Source of the DNA: a virus
IMG/VR virus record: IMGVR_UViG_3300017788_001394
Coordinates: 39,293-103,292 of that record
Strand: one strand, 5' to 3'
Length of the DNA stretch: 64,000 nt
Shown here: in pieces, positions 28,824 through 39,136 of the stretch
How the letters are laid out: the number at the start of each line of letters is the position of its first letter
Position numbering within the stretch: the first letter of the stretch is position 1
Position numbers and translations under genes: made by a program
The notes under the pieces: generated by a model
Told to the model about the DNA's origin: nothing
The model's database searches: none
The model's input: only the letters and a program-made list of their open reading frames with translations

Positions 28824-29613
28824 TATTATATTCAGATATTGCCAGTTCGTAAGTCAAGCAGTAATAGGTGTGTATGTCCATGATATTATTAATATAGGTC
28901 TTGATAGGCTAGCAACAAACATATCAAACGACATTTTTTCTGACCCGGCATGGGAACATATAGAACAGTCGAGCGAGAATTTAATATTTAAAAGAAATTC
29001 TTTCAACCTGTGCATTATAACTACATATCGAAAATACAAAGTTTTCATCGGCACAAACGCAGTGATAAGCAATGTTAACTTCTTATACGCAGCTGACATA
29101 TTTAAAGATAATTTAGCAATAAAAACAACAAATGTGTTTTACAACAACTTCTCGTATAGGGTTGAGTGTAGTGATTTTATACCGGGCATTACAATATCTC
29201 AATTCTTAGAAGACGACCAAGAAGGCGAATCATTGGAAAAATTTAGGGATGCAGATGTATTATTAACTACTGTTGCAAATTATATAGGAAAGAATTTTTA
29301 TATAGACAGTGACGGATTTGTGTTATACCCGTCAGATTTACAAAGTACTAACTTAATACTGACCAATCTAGATACTGATCCAGAAATTATATTAATAGAT
29401 TTTGATCACATTATTAAACAACCGTATGAACGGATGTATACAGATGTAGCTAACAGATTTTTTACTCATATATCTAAATACAATTTTGACAGTAAACGTT
29501 TTCCGGTCAATTCGATACAACCATTCTGGAAACACCATTTATTAACACATACTATAGACGAAATTAAAACTGATTTTATAAAGAGAATTGACAATGCAGT
29601 TAGAAACAAATAA
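28792..29613 (+). CDS. Protein-kinase/APH-like fold protein
   Basis: DFIPG, SDLQSTNLIL, LIDFD. Confidence 0.55.
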   Translation: MVTPRRLLLHDIIFRYCQFVSQAVIGVYVHDIINIGLDRLATNISNDIFSDPAWEHIEQSSENLIFKRNSFNLCIITTYRKYKVFIGTNAVISNVNFLYAADIFKDNLAIKTTNVFYNNFSYRVECSDFIPGITISQFLEDDQEGESLEKFRDADVLLTTVANYIGKNFYIDSDGFVLYPSDLQSTNLILTNLDTDPEIILIDFDHIIKQPYERMYTDVANRFFTHISKYNFDSKRFPVNSIQPFWKHHLLTHTIDEIKTDFIKRIDNAVRNK

Positions 29614-30811
29614 CCCATATTTTTGTATACTACCATGGATACATATGCACATATGGCCAAATGGCACAACTTATCCCTGCTGTCTATCAACTAACGATTA
29701 CAAACTAGGAAATACAAATGATAGTAGCTTCTTAGAAATATGGAACAGCGATAAAATGAGATCATTGAGAACAAATGTTCTCAACGGTAAGCCAACATCT
29801 GGTTGTGCAAGGTGTTACGAGCATGAAAAAAATGGCGCAAGAAGTATGCGAATAAATCTTAACCGAGACTATGAGCATTATTTTGATCGAACCAAGTTAA
29901 CTAAAGAAAATGGTAGTTTAGACGAAATATTCATGGCTTATATGGATATTCGGTTTAGTAATATTTGTAACTTTAAATGCAGAACATGTGGTCCAGAGTT
30001 AAGTAGCTTCTGGGTCGACGATGCTGTTAAGATGAATCGCTATTCGTCGACGCAACCTAAAATACTTAAAATCAAAAATACATTAGAAGAACTGTGGCAA
30101 GATATGGAGCAGTGGATAGACACTGTGGAAAAGATTTACTTTGCAGGCGGCGAGCCATTAATAATGGACGAACATTATAAAATATTAGAATATCTTATTA
30201 AGATAGGAAAAACTAATATTAACATATTTTACAATACTAATCTAAGTAAATTAAAATACAAAAATAAAGATATAATCGAATTATGGAAACAGTTTAGTAA
30301 AATCAGTGTCGGTGCAAGCATAGACGGTATGAATGGTCGTGCTGAATACATAAGAAGCGGAACAAGCTGGTTCGATATTGAAAAAAATAGAGAGCTGTTA
30401 CTCACTGAATTGCCTGAAGTAGAGTTTCACATAACTTCTACTATAAGCGCATATAATGCAGAACACTGCCCCGACTTTTTCAATAATTGGATTAATAAAG
30501 GTTTTATTAGTGCAACTGATATAGATTGCAATGTGCTGCTGTATCCGGAATTTCAACGAGCACAAGTGTTACCAGAGTACAAAAGAAAAATGATACAAGA
30601 AAAATATCTGCAATTTATATCAGATCATAAATTAAAAGAAATGGTCGCTGCCCAACATCGTTATGTTAGTTTCAAAGCAGTTGTGGATTCGTTAAATGTA
30701 GACAAGTCAAACTTACTTCCTCAATTTGTTGAATACAGTAAACGGCTAGACAAAATAAGAAATGAACATTTACCGGATATCTTTCCGGAATTAAGGTTCA
30801 TGTATGAGTAA
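29594..30811 (+). CDS. Radical SAM protein with N-terminal twitch domain
   Basis: FCILPW...PCC...LGN...CARC; CNFKCRTC; AGGEPL. Confidence 0.9.
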   Translation: MQLETNNPYFCILPWIHMHIWPNGTTYPCCLSTNDYKLGNTNDSSFLEIWNSDKMRSLRTNVLNGKPTSGCARCYEHEKNGARSMRINLNRDYEHYFDRTKLTKENGSLDEIFMAYMDIRFSNICNFKCRTCGPELSSFWVDDAVKMNRYSSTQPKILKIKNTLEELWQDMEQWIDTVEKIYFAGGEPLIMDEHYKILEYLIKIGKTNINIFYNTNLSKLKYKNKDIIELWKQFSKISVGASIDGMNGRAEYIRSGTSWFDIEKNRELLLTELPEVEFHITSTISAYNAEHCPDFFNNWINKGFISATDIDCNVLLYPEFQRAQVLPEYKRKMIQEKYLQFISDHKLKEMVAAQHRYVSFKAVVDSLNVDKSNLLPQFVEYSKRLDKIRNEHLPDIFPELRFMYE

Positions 30812-32006
30812 CACTTTTTGCCCGTTATTATTTCAACACTTAGCAACGCATCCCCACGGCGGTGTTACTCATTGCTGTATCGCCGATCACCGAAATGCAT
30901 TAAGCAGTGCAAGAGATGTGACCGATACCGGACACAACTACTATAACTTAAATCGTAATACAGTTAGTGATACATTTAATAGTGAAAGTTTCCGAACAGC
31001 TCGATTGCAAGTGTTAGAAGGTAAAAAGCCACAAGCATGTTTAAGATGCTATAGCGAAGAAGCTAAAGGCATAAGAAGCAAGAGGCTAGAAGAAATCGGA
31101 AACTATCCTGATTATACACTAGATATAGCTAAATCTGTTACAGATAATAATGGTTACATACAAAATATACAATTTGATTTTGTTGAATTGCGTCTGGGTA
31201 ACGTTTGCAATGTTGCGTGTAGAACATGCAATCCTGCAAGTAGCAGTAAGTGGCGCAATGATTATGACAAACTACAAAGTTCTTTGCCGTTTTCTATTAC
31301 AAACTACGATACGATCGAGGGATTCAGGTGGCCTGAACGTGAAGCATTCTGGGAAGATTTGTTACAACATTGTAATAACGTAAAGACATTTTACATTAAC
31401 GGCGGCGAGCCTACACTAATTAAACAACATTTTAAGTTTTTAGAACGTCTGGCTAGTATGGGCAGAACTGATGTTAAACTTTGGTATAACATTAATATGA
31501 CTAACATGAACGAAGAAATAATAGAAGTTTGGAAAAAGTTTGATAAGGTTAAAATTAGTTGCAGCATAGATGATTTAGGTTCGAGAAACGAATACATACG
31601 TTATCCCACTAAGTGGGACGATGTAATGCGTAATTTTTTGAGGTTAAAAGAAGAAAATTTTGAATTAGATGTTACACAAACTGTATCATTTATGAATTAT
31701 AGCAACTTGACCGAATTTTATAACTTTTTTCACAATGAACACAAGGTTTGGGTTCATCATAACTTTGTATATGATCCTGATATTTTAAGTCCTGGTGTAT
31801 TACCTAAGGAGATCAGAGATAAAATACATGCACGTATGCACAACATTTTCGAGCCATGGCAAGTAAATATGTTTGTTAACATGTATAACAATGCAGATAA
31901 CAACGAAAAGTGGAGTCGTGCGGTAGCATATACTAAATCATTAGACAGAATACGCAATCAATCGATCGTTAACGCTTTGCCTGAATTCGAACATATAATA
32001 AAGTAA
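30804..32006 (+). CDS. Radical SAM protein with N-terminal twitch domain
   Basis: FCPL...HCC...CLRC; CNVACRTC; NGGEPT. Confidence 0.9.
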   Translation: MSNTFCPLLFQHLATHPHGGVTHCCIADHRNALSSARDVTDTGHNYYNLNRNTVSDTFNSESFRTARLQVLEGKKPQACLRCYSEEAKGIRSKRLEEIGNYPDYTLDIAKSVTDNNGYIQNIQFDFVELRLGNVCNVACRTCNPASSSKWRNDYDKLQSSLPFSITNYDTIEGFRWPEREAFWEDLLQHCNNVKTFYINGGEPTLIKQHFKFLERLASMGRTDVKLWYNINMTNMNEEIIEVWKKFDKVKISCSIDDLGSRNEYIRYPTKWDDVMRNFLRLKEENFELDVTQTVSFMNYSNLTEFYNFFHNEHKVWVHHNFVYDPDILSPGVLPKEIRDKIHARMHNIFEPWQVNMFVNMYNNADNNEKWSRAVAYTKSLDRIRNQSIVNALPEFEHIIK

Positions 32007-32022
32007 AAAGTGCATATGCCCC

Positions 32023-33504
32023 TTAAACTCCTAGCGTATCTGTTTCTGTATTCCACCCTCCGGTGCCTGCTACAATGTCGTCGTTTAAATAATGTTCTGT
32101 CGTTGCAGGGTCTATTGCGGATGTAATACTAGGGACAACTATATCCGGGTTGTAAGATATGCTATCGTACCATTCTACAAATGTAGGAAATGCAGCACGG
32201 AAATCTTTGTTACGTCTGATGTCATACTGCTCATAGAAATAACGGAAGTCATTATATAACTTAGGTGTTTCTGCTGTATTGCGATGTGGCGTTTTAACAA
32301 CGTCTAAATAATCGATCAGTCGTTGAACATGTGCAACTTCACCCTGACTTAAAAACTCTTGTTTTGTTGGTAACCAATCTTCAAGTTTTTTCTTAAAAAT
32401 TGCTTTCAACTCTACCGGCAATATCGCAGCACTTTGGAAACTAGGAAAGCGCAATATGTTGAGTGTCATAGTAGGAGCACGAAATCCGTATTCTTTTCTA
32501 AGCTCTAACATGTCGTCCATAAATTCAGTTATAGACTCTAAACACAAACTATTAATAGTCATCATACAATGTAATTCTTTAACGTTAGATTCCTCTAACA
32601 ACCTTACAATGTTACTACGCCAGATTTTGTAATCAAACCCGTCACGGGTATATTCGTTTTGTGTCGCTGCACATTCAGCACTGGTATATATTTCAAAATT
32701 TTGTATGTCAAAACTTGCGTCTATTAGTTTTTGAAACATGCGCTCATTTTCGGGAACAAGATTGCTATTGATAGCAAAACGCATAGTGCTTGTTGGGTTG
32801 TCACGAAACCAATCAAACAGTTTCCAAACAGACTTATGCATTAATGGTTCGCCGCCTGTGATTCGGATTTCTTCTAGTTTATCACTAAGACCATTTTCCC
32901 ACCACTTCCAAAACGCAATAATATATGGATTGTCTTCTTCATGCAATGTTTTACGTGCAGCCCAGGGCGCAGTATCGATAAAGTGCCCACGTCCATCACT
33001 TTGGATATTCATGTAAGGACCTTTATCTTTAATGTCTTTAACCCATGTGCTGCTGAATGCAGGATTGCAATAACTACATGCAAAGTTACATGCACGGTCA
33101 AACGCAATTTCGAGTGTTCTTAATGTGACATCTTGATCCCATGGCGTAGTAACACACGCTTTTACATCTTCGTCACTGAATATTTGCGTTTTATAAACAC
33201 GGTCGCTAATGTTGTTTCGTCCAATATCTTCCACTTTCCAACAATATTCGCATTCTTGTGGACGCTCACCTTCCTGCATCATTTTACGCATAAGTTTTTT
33301 GTGTTTAGTGTTATGAATAGCGGTAGGATTAATCATTAATTCATCGGTTGGGATCCAATGTCCTGGTGGATGGTGACAGCTAGTAGTTTGACCATGACCC
33401 AGCCATATTGTAGCATTGTACCACTTAGCTGCACAAAAACTTTTACTTATCGGATCAATTATGCGTTCTTTATATTCGTGATAACTTTCATTATTTTTTT
33501 TCAT
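32023..33504 (-). CDS. Radical SAM protein with N-terminal twitch-like domain (CHHP variant)
   Basis: FCAAKW...SCHHP...CEYCW; CNFACSYC; TGGEPL. Confidence 0.9.
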   Translation of the reverse strand: MKKNNESYHEYKERIIDPISKSFCAAKWYNATIWLGHGQTTSCHHPPGHWIPTDELMINPTAIHNTKHKKLMRKMMQEGERPQECEYCWKVEDIGRNNISDRVYKTQIFSDEDVKACVTTPWDQDVTLRTLEIAFDRACNFACSYCNPAFSSTWVKDIKDKGPYMNIQSDGRGHFIDTAPWAARKTLHEEDNPYIIAFWKWWENGLSDKLEEIRITGGEPLMHKSVWKLFDWFRDNPTSTMRFAINSNLVPENERMFQKLIDASFDIQNFEIYTSAECAATQNEYTRDGFDYKIWRSNIVRLLEESNVKELHCMMTINSLCLESITEFMDDMLELRKEYGFRAPTMTLNILRFPSFQSAAILPVELKAIFKKKLEDWLPTKQEFLSQGEVAHVQRLIDYLDVVKTPHRNTAETPKLYNDFRYFYEQYDIRRNKDFRAAFPTFVEWYDSISYNPDIVVPSITSAIDPATTEHYLNDDIVAGTGGWNTETDTLGV

Positions 33505-35072
33505 GTTTTGTTACTTTCGTTAAAATGTTTATAGCAATCGTTCCACCAGTTTCCTAGTTCGGGAAAAACTTCAGGGAACTTAGTGTTTCTTCTTTGATCA
33601 ATTTGATTAAAATATAACCAGAACTGTTTTTTTCTTCTAGCTATCTCTGCAACAGAAAGCTCTGTTTTTCCGTTTTTGATCCAAGCAATGTCTCTTTTAA
33701 GTTTAGCGATTTCGTAGTGCTTGAACCCATGATACGTTCTGCCATAGTGTTCATTTTCTACATTATTTTCCATGAAAACTAAACAATCTTCTAACATAGA
33801 AATAAGTTCAGGATAAAACGCTGCATTTTGTGCGCTCATCCATTCTGGCTGACGAAGATATGGAATATCGAACCAAACTCGCTGGCGACGTTTTCTAACA
33901 AAAGGAGGATGCACAAAACCGTTACGGTCGGGAGGTTGTATAACATGATCTGTTTGATTTTCATAACCAAATTCTATACGCAAATCTAAAATCATTTGCA
34001 AAAATTCTTTAAGACGAGGAATACTTAGTAAGTTAAATGTGTTAATAAAACTTATCTCTGATCCATGTGTTTCTTTCATGAATGTTTTAATATTTTTCAT
34101 CATACGTTCGTAATTGAGACCTGTTCTGATATATTCCGCTTGTTCACCTGTACTATCTAAGCTAATGAACAAACTAAAATGTTTACATGCAGGGGCCACA
34201 TACCAATTATTACCGCTATCTGGGTTAAACTTTTCTTTATCTTCCCAAATTCTAACTTCCTCGATAGCTTTTAGTTTTTTAATAAATTTATCGAATAAAC
34301 GTTGATCAGGTGGACACATATTACTAGTTATACTTAAGTCTAATGTAGAATTTGGATTTTTGTTAACATAATCTAATACTCTAAATGTATTTTTATCCAT
34401 TAGAGGTTCGCCGCCGGTCATACGAAAAACTTTCAAATCCTTATACAAATCAGGCCACCAGTCCCAAAAGGCCTCTACATAAGGATTATCTTTATTACTA
34501 GAATTGATAGGCATTAACCCCGCAGCAGATAAACTTTTAATATCGTTATGTTTAAAGTTGTCGCCGAGATCATACGGGCCATAATCTTCGATTTCTTTTT
34601 GCCAAGATGTGCTTAAATGAGGACTGCAATATGTGCATTTAAAATTACATGCTTGATTGAAATTAACTTCAACATATCTTGGATTAATGTTGTTGTCCCA
34701 CCCGCCGTCTATTACTTCGTCCCAACCATCTTGTGCCCATACTTCGCTGCTACGATAATGCCTATCGCTTAAATGGGGTCCATCGGGAGCGTCTTCGATA
34801 TTCCAACAATATTGGCATCCAGCTGGACGTTTACCTTGCCACATATCTCTGCGTTGTTTTACTTTTTCCATTGTATTGTGCAACGCTTTAGGATTTACTT
34901 CTAATTCGTCTAAAGGAATTTTGTGTGTTGGCGGATGGTAGCAGCTTTGCGTTAATCCTGATGTTAAATGCATACTGACTTGCAACCATTTAGCCATACA
35001 CATAGTAGAACTAATCTGATTTAACTTGTCTTTAGTTTTTTTTGCTTCTTCGAAGTAATCAAGAGCTGCCAT
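33501..35072 (-). CDS. Radical SAM protein with N-terminal twitch-like domain (CYHP variant)
   Basis: MCMAKW...SCYHP...CQYCW; CNFKCTYC; TGGEPL. Confidence 0.9.
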   Translation of the reverse strand: MAALDYFEEAKKTKDKLNQISSTMCMAKWLQVSMHLTSGLTQSCYHPPTHKIPLDELEVNPKALHNTMEKVKQRRDMWQGKRPAGCQYCWNIEDAPDGPHLSDRHYRSSEVWAQDGWDEVIDGGWDNNINPRYVEVNFNQACNFKCTYCSPHLSTSWQKEIEDYGPYDLGDNFKHNDIKSLSAAGLMPINSSNKDNPYVEAFWDWWPDLYKDLKVFRMTGGEPLMDKNTFRVLDYVNKNPNSTLDLSITSNMCPPDQRLFDKFIKKLKAIEEVRIWEDKEKFNPDSGNNWYVAPACKHFSLFISLDSTGEQAEYIRTGLNYERMMKNIKTFMKETHGSEISFINTFNLLSIPRLKEFLQMILDLRIEFGYENQTDHVIQPPDRNGFVHPPFVRKRRQRVWFDIPYLRQPEWMSAQNAAFYPELISMLEDCLVFMENNVENEHYGRTYHGFKHYEIAKLKRDIAWIKNGKTELSVAEIARRKKQFWLYFNQIDQRRNTKFPEVFPELGNWWNDCYKHFNESNKT

Positions 35073-36049
35073 TAAATACTATCTATAACCTCAGTTTCAC
35101 GAATCATTGCACCTGTTCTAGCAGGATTTTTATAAGTTGTTTTAAAGAAGCGACTACCGGTCCAATCTAAATCAGCGATTTCAAGATCAAGATTACTTCT
35201 TAATTCATTACCAAGTCTTACTGTTTCTGCTTTTAATTTGATCGGATCCCAACTGTATCCTGTACGTGGACAAAGTTCTGTCCCATCTTCAAACTGGGGC
35301 GCTAATTCTGTGTTAAAGTAATTGCTTAACCAATCAAAGTCTCTAACGTTTTTCCAGTCCCATTCATGACGCAATATGTTTGTCATATAGCATCCCAATC
35401 TTGCGCCGTATACAGCCCACAATCCGTTTGGTGCATCTTCGCCTACGCTCATCCAAACCAACAAACGCTTATAGTTTTCTCTATGAATTTTCTTAAGTTT
35501 ACTAGGATCGACTACATCGCCGTTTTCTAATCCCATTTTTACACCTTCACGGAAACCAGCACGCCATGCTTGCAACGGACTGCCGTTGTTGTAGACATGA
35601 CTATACCAGTTATTCATTTGAACGTAGTGAATATTCCAACAGAAATCTACTTGCGCCCGCTTATCAGTAGGAGGTGCTGCTTCGTGTGTTCGCATACGCA
35701 TCACTACATCAACCGGCCAACATTTAATGCCGCCGTTGCCGTAAATTAAACCGTTAATTTGATTTCGTGCAGCCCAGCTAATAACATCATTACTACGAAC
35801 TTTATCCATATTGATTTCAACATTAAAAAAATCTTCGTTGACAATGTTGTCAGCATCAATTGTAATAAATCGTTCAGTTTCACTTAGTGCAGCGGCTGCT
35901 TTGTGTGCAGCATCACTGCCCCAAACACCGTGACTACGTTTAGCCCAAGGACATTTTGTTAATAAGTCTGCATAGTTTTCATCTGCATTAGGCTCGTCGT
36001 AGCTAATGTAGACAATATCAAAATCGTTAATACTTACCAGATTTGACAT
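35072..36049 (-). CDS. Glycosyltransferase-like protein (GT-A fold)
   Basis: ISYDEPNA, GSDAAHKAAA, TIDADN, YGNGGIK, AWRAGFREG; paralog of 8575-9288. Confidence 0.7.
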   Translation of the reverse strand: MSNLVSINDFDIVYISYDEPNADENYADLLTKCPWAKRSHGVWGSDAAHKAAAALSETERFITIDADNIVNEDFFNVEINMDKVRSNDVISWAARNQINGLIYGNGGIKCWPVDVVMRMRTHEAAPPTDKRAQVDFCWNIHYVQMNNWYSHVYNNGSPLQAWRAGFREGVKMGLENGDVVDPSKLKKIHRENYKRLLVWMSVGEDAPNGLWAVYGARLGCYMTNILRHEWDWKNVRDFDWLSNYFNTELAPQFEDGTELCPRTGYSWDPIKLKAETVRLGNELRSNLDLEIADLDWTGSRFFKTTYKNPARTGAMIRETEVIDSI

Positions 36050-37034
36050 ATTCAATTTCCTCAAATTTAAAAGTTATATTTTTGCCTTCTTCGCCTAATA
36101 ATAATTTACATGTAGTAGGATCTATCGTAGTCTTTACTATGTATTCTTTAAAGTTACCAATTTGATCGTAAGGTATAATTATCTTGTCAAGCAGTATATT
36201 AGGATCTTTGCCTGTTAAAAAAATCTTAAGGTCTTTGTATATTTTTTGTTCTTGCGGATTATCAAAGTTACTTCTAACAATCCATCCTTCTGTAGACGGG
36301 CTAACAGAAAATGTACTCCATTCTACTGTGGATTTTTGAATTATAGTTTGCATTCTCTTGTTGTTTCTTCTAGTATGATAATCTATGTTAACATAGTTTT
36401 GTTTTATTTTCAAGCCATAATTTTTAAAAATTCGTCTTGTTAACACGTCTACACTTGCAAGATCGAGTGTATTTTGCAAATGAGATAAATCTAAGATTGT
36501 GTAACCGTTTTTTACAATATCTATTACTTTGATTTTTATCGTTTCTAATAGATGGGTTGGATTGTTCTTTTTAATAAGATAAAATACTAAGTAATTCTCA
36601 TCAGAATCGTCAGTATAGTAGCGATTGTTAAAACGTTTACCTGTCATTTTGTAGATAGTATCTTGATTTAAGTTAACTTCCATTCTATAATCGTTTATAT
36701 ATAAAATAACATTAACATCGCTATCTATAAAGTTTTTTACTCTAGGTATTTTAGTTAGAATTTCCTCGGCTTTTTTAATTGCAAGCACATCAGATTTTGG
36801 TAATAGTTTCATACCGTCTACTAAGTTACTCACTACATATTTTTTGGGATTTAAAATGCCCATCATTAATTTTGCAGCAGTTTCATCTTCTGTTATAATG
36901 TGAGGATAGCTTTGCTGTTTGTATTTACCGGTGATACTTTTGATCTCACCTGTCCAGTCGTCGTAATATACGTAGTACTTAGGTAAAGTCTTGCCTTCAT
37001 CTGCTATTTGAATTAATCTTGGCTCTGATGACAT
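36027..37034 (-). CDS. Hypothetical protein
   Basis: 335-aa ORF overlapping both neighbours; no motif recognised. Confidence 0.7.
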   Translation of the reverse strand: MSSEPRLIQIADEGKTLPKYYVYYDDWTGEIKSITGKYKQQSYPHIITEDETAAKLMMGILNPKKYVVSNLVDGMKLLPKSDVLAIKKAEEILTKIPRVKNFIDSDVNVILYINDYRMEVNLNQDTIYKMTGKRFNNRYYTDDSDENYLVFYLIKKNNPTHLLETIKIKVIDIVKNGYTILDLSHLQNTLDLASVDVLTRRIFKNYGLKIKQNYVNIDYHTRRNNKRMQTIIQKSTVEWSTFSVSPSTEGWIVRSNFDNPQEQKIYKDLKIFLTGKDPNILLDKIIIPYDQIGNFKEYIVKTTIDPTTCKLLLGEEGKNITFKFEEIEYVKSGKY

Positions 37035-37866
37035 CTACAATATCTTCTGTTAAAAACGACTTATCGTGATAGTGAATGATACCTGAATTAATAACATAAT
37101 TTTCGATAATCAACTTCCCGGCGTCGGTATACCAATGATTTAACATTTCTGTCCAATTTATAGGTATATCTTCATTCCATAACCATTGGCTTCTTAGATC
37201 TAAATCGTACAGATTGTTCAAACTAACTGTTACTTCACTATTTACATCTAATAAATGTGTTACAATATTTGCCAACACATTTTTATCAAAGGACAGTGGT
37301 TTTTTGTCACTTAATAATTTACTATACACACTTCTCCAATTCTGGAAAATCGGGTCGGCCATCTTAAACCATTGAATGGCCAGTGGCATGTTACGATCAA
37401 AGTATATCAAATTATTAAAATTTGTAGGTAACTGGTAATGCATTTCAATATCAAAATACCGATTATAATTAATAACTGTGTTTCTAAATGTTCTTGCTAA
37501 ATTGGAAACTGCAAACCCTGTTGCATTAGCAGACATTTGTCCCCACAGTAACTCGATGTCCACATTATTGAATATCGTATCATAATCTACATAAATGGTT
37601 TCATCGAACGGTGTAGCATGAATTAGCTGCCATAAGTTCATTCCATGGAAACCATCTTTATATGCAGTGTTACCGAAAGGTAGCTCTGCTATATAATTAA
37701 AAGCATGAAAGTAATTAGATGGGACTAAATCTTTTTTGCCATTATCGACAATCAGACAAGTTTCCGCAGTTGGGTCACTAGCTTTGATACTCATCGCAAG
37801 ACCGTAGCTGTATTTTATCATATCTCTGTCGGTGTTGATACCGAGTGTAACAAATCCTCTAGACAT
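36997..37866 (-). CDS. Glycosyltransferase-like protein (GT8/mannosyltransferase-like)
   Basis: RGFVTL...LAMSIK...TPFDETIYVDYD...IHYHDK. Confidence 0.65.
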   Translation of the reverse strand: MSRGFVTLGINTDRDMIKYSYGLAMSIKASDPTAETCLIVDNGKKDLVPSNYFHAFNYIAELPFGNTAYKDGFHGMNLWQLIHATPFDETIYVDYDTIFNNVDIELLWGQMSANATGFAVSNLARTFRNTVINYNRYFDIEMHYQLPTNFNNLIYFDRNMPLAIQWFKMADPIFQNWRSVYSKLLSDKKPLSFDKNVLANIVTHLLDVNSEVTVSLNNLYDLDLRSQWLWNEDIPINWTEMLNHWYTDAGKLIIENYVINSGIIHYHDKSFLTEDIVDVIRAKINSNSR

Positions 37867-38768
37867 TAAAATTTTGCCTGTAATTTTTCAATAAAAAGAT
37901 CGGCGTGTCTACTGATTGCCCTTTTATTCATAACGTGTATATTTGTATTTTCTAATCTAACAAGAATATTCTTCCAAGGCTCTTTTCTATTATGGCTTAA
38001 CATAATTAGATCAGTTGTATCTTTGACTTCTATTAAATCATCTTTTTGGTCCATATTGAGTAACGGCACTGATAAACCTTCAACAAATGAATCATTTGTA
38101 AACCCGTTCAATAAATGAGCAGCAATGCTAACACAAAAATCTGTTCTAAATAGTGCAGGTGGGAATTGATATAGAAGATAATAATAATCCCAGTTGTCTT
38201 TCACATGTGACCATATATCAAAAAAGATTTCTGCTTCGTCACTTTTGTCAAAATATACTACAGTAGACCACCAATGATGTATACCCGTTTCGTTCAGATC
38301 ACATTCATTCATATAAGGACGTTGTCCTTCTAAGTATATAGAATCCCTGTGTAATGCCAATGGCATTGTACTGTCAAACAAGAAATCGTAATAATTGTTT
38401 TGTATAAAATAATCGGTGTCGATTAATAATGTTTTGTTATACGGAGAAAGTTGAAAAATGTCGTGTTTGTTGCTGTTACTAAATTGGGCATTAAATTCAG
38501 TCCACGGACTGTCGTAATGCTTTCGTGGATTAGACTTGTGTTCAACATCCTGAATAATAATATTGTCAAAGCATTGATTGTGCCATTTTTTATCCGTCGA
38601 TTCTTTCAACCAGTTATAAGTGCCGTTGTCTGTAACTAGTGTCACAGAGTTATTTTTCATATTTTGCTTAACATATGCGGCTGCAATGTGAGCCATTTTA
38701 ACATAATCAATTTGACTATTGTTATATGCAAACATGCACACACCGTTTTCTTCTTCACTCATTACCAA
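37866..38768 (-). CDS. Glycosyltransferase-like protein (GT8-like)
   Basis: GVCMFAYN...SPYNKTLLIDTDY...WSTVVYF...FRTDF...HVMNK. Confidence 0.65.
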   Translation of the reverse strand: MVMSEEENGVCMFAYNNSQIDYVKMAHIAAAYVKQNMKNNSVTLVTDNGTYNWLKESTDKKWHNQCFDNIIIQDVEHKSNPRKHYDSPWTEFNAQFSNSNKHDIFQLSPYNKTLLIDTDYFIQNNYYDFLFDSTMPLALHRDSIYLEGQRPYMNECDLNETGIHHWWSTVVYFDKSDEAEIFFDIWSHVKDNWDYYYLLYQFPPALFRTDFCVSIAAHLLNGFTNDSFVEGLSVPLLNMDQKDDLIEVKDTTDLIMLSHNRKEPWKNILVRLENTNIHVMNKRAISRHADLFIEKLQAKF

Positions 38769-39109
38769 CCCATTAATTTTTTAACGTTTCTTGCTCTGTT
38801 TACTTTATCTAACAGTGTTAGATATTCATTGGTTGCTTCAGTATATTTTTCAATAAGCAAATTAAAAAACTCTTTTAAATCATCAATTTTAATAGGCGTT
38901 TCTTTTGTATCTAATAAAATAGCACTTGTTTTATTAGCCGTTAATAAACCGCTAACAATACCGATCGTAATAGCATCTGCTAAAAAACTTCCGTTATTAT
39001 AATGAACTAACTGTAATATTTGCATTCTACTGCGAATATTACGTTTTTGATTTGCTAATGTTTGTCTGTAGTTTGCAAAGTCTAGAGCTTTTTCGAGTCT
39101 CTCATCCAT
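38762..39109 (-). CDS. Hypothetical protein (possible tail-fibre assembly/chaperone-like)
   Basis: 115-aa ORF with AGGAG RBS; first gene of the GT/rSAM unit, directly after the fibre genes. Confidence 0.55.
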   Translation of the reverse strand: MDERLEKALDFANYRQTLANQKRNIRSRMQILQLVHYNNGSFLADAITIGIVSGLLTANKTSAILLDTKETPIKIDDLKEFFNLLIEKYTEATNEYLTLLDKVNRARNVKKLMGW

Positions 39110-39136
39110 GCGAGTTTCTCCTTACAATTAACTACT

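Noticed and set aside
1-39109. Bacterial capsule/O-antigen locus or DNA hypermodification cluster
   Set aside because: No wzx/wzy/ABC export genes and no thymidylate-synthase-like or DNA-transfer enzymes recognised. Not fully excluded, because the island extends beyond the window.
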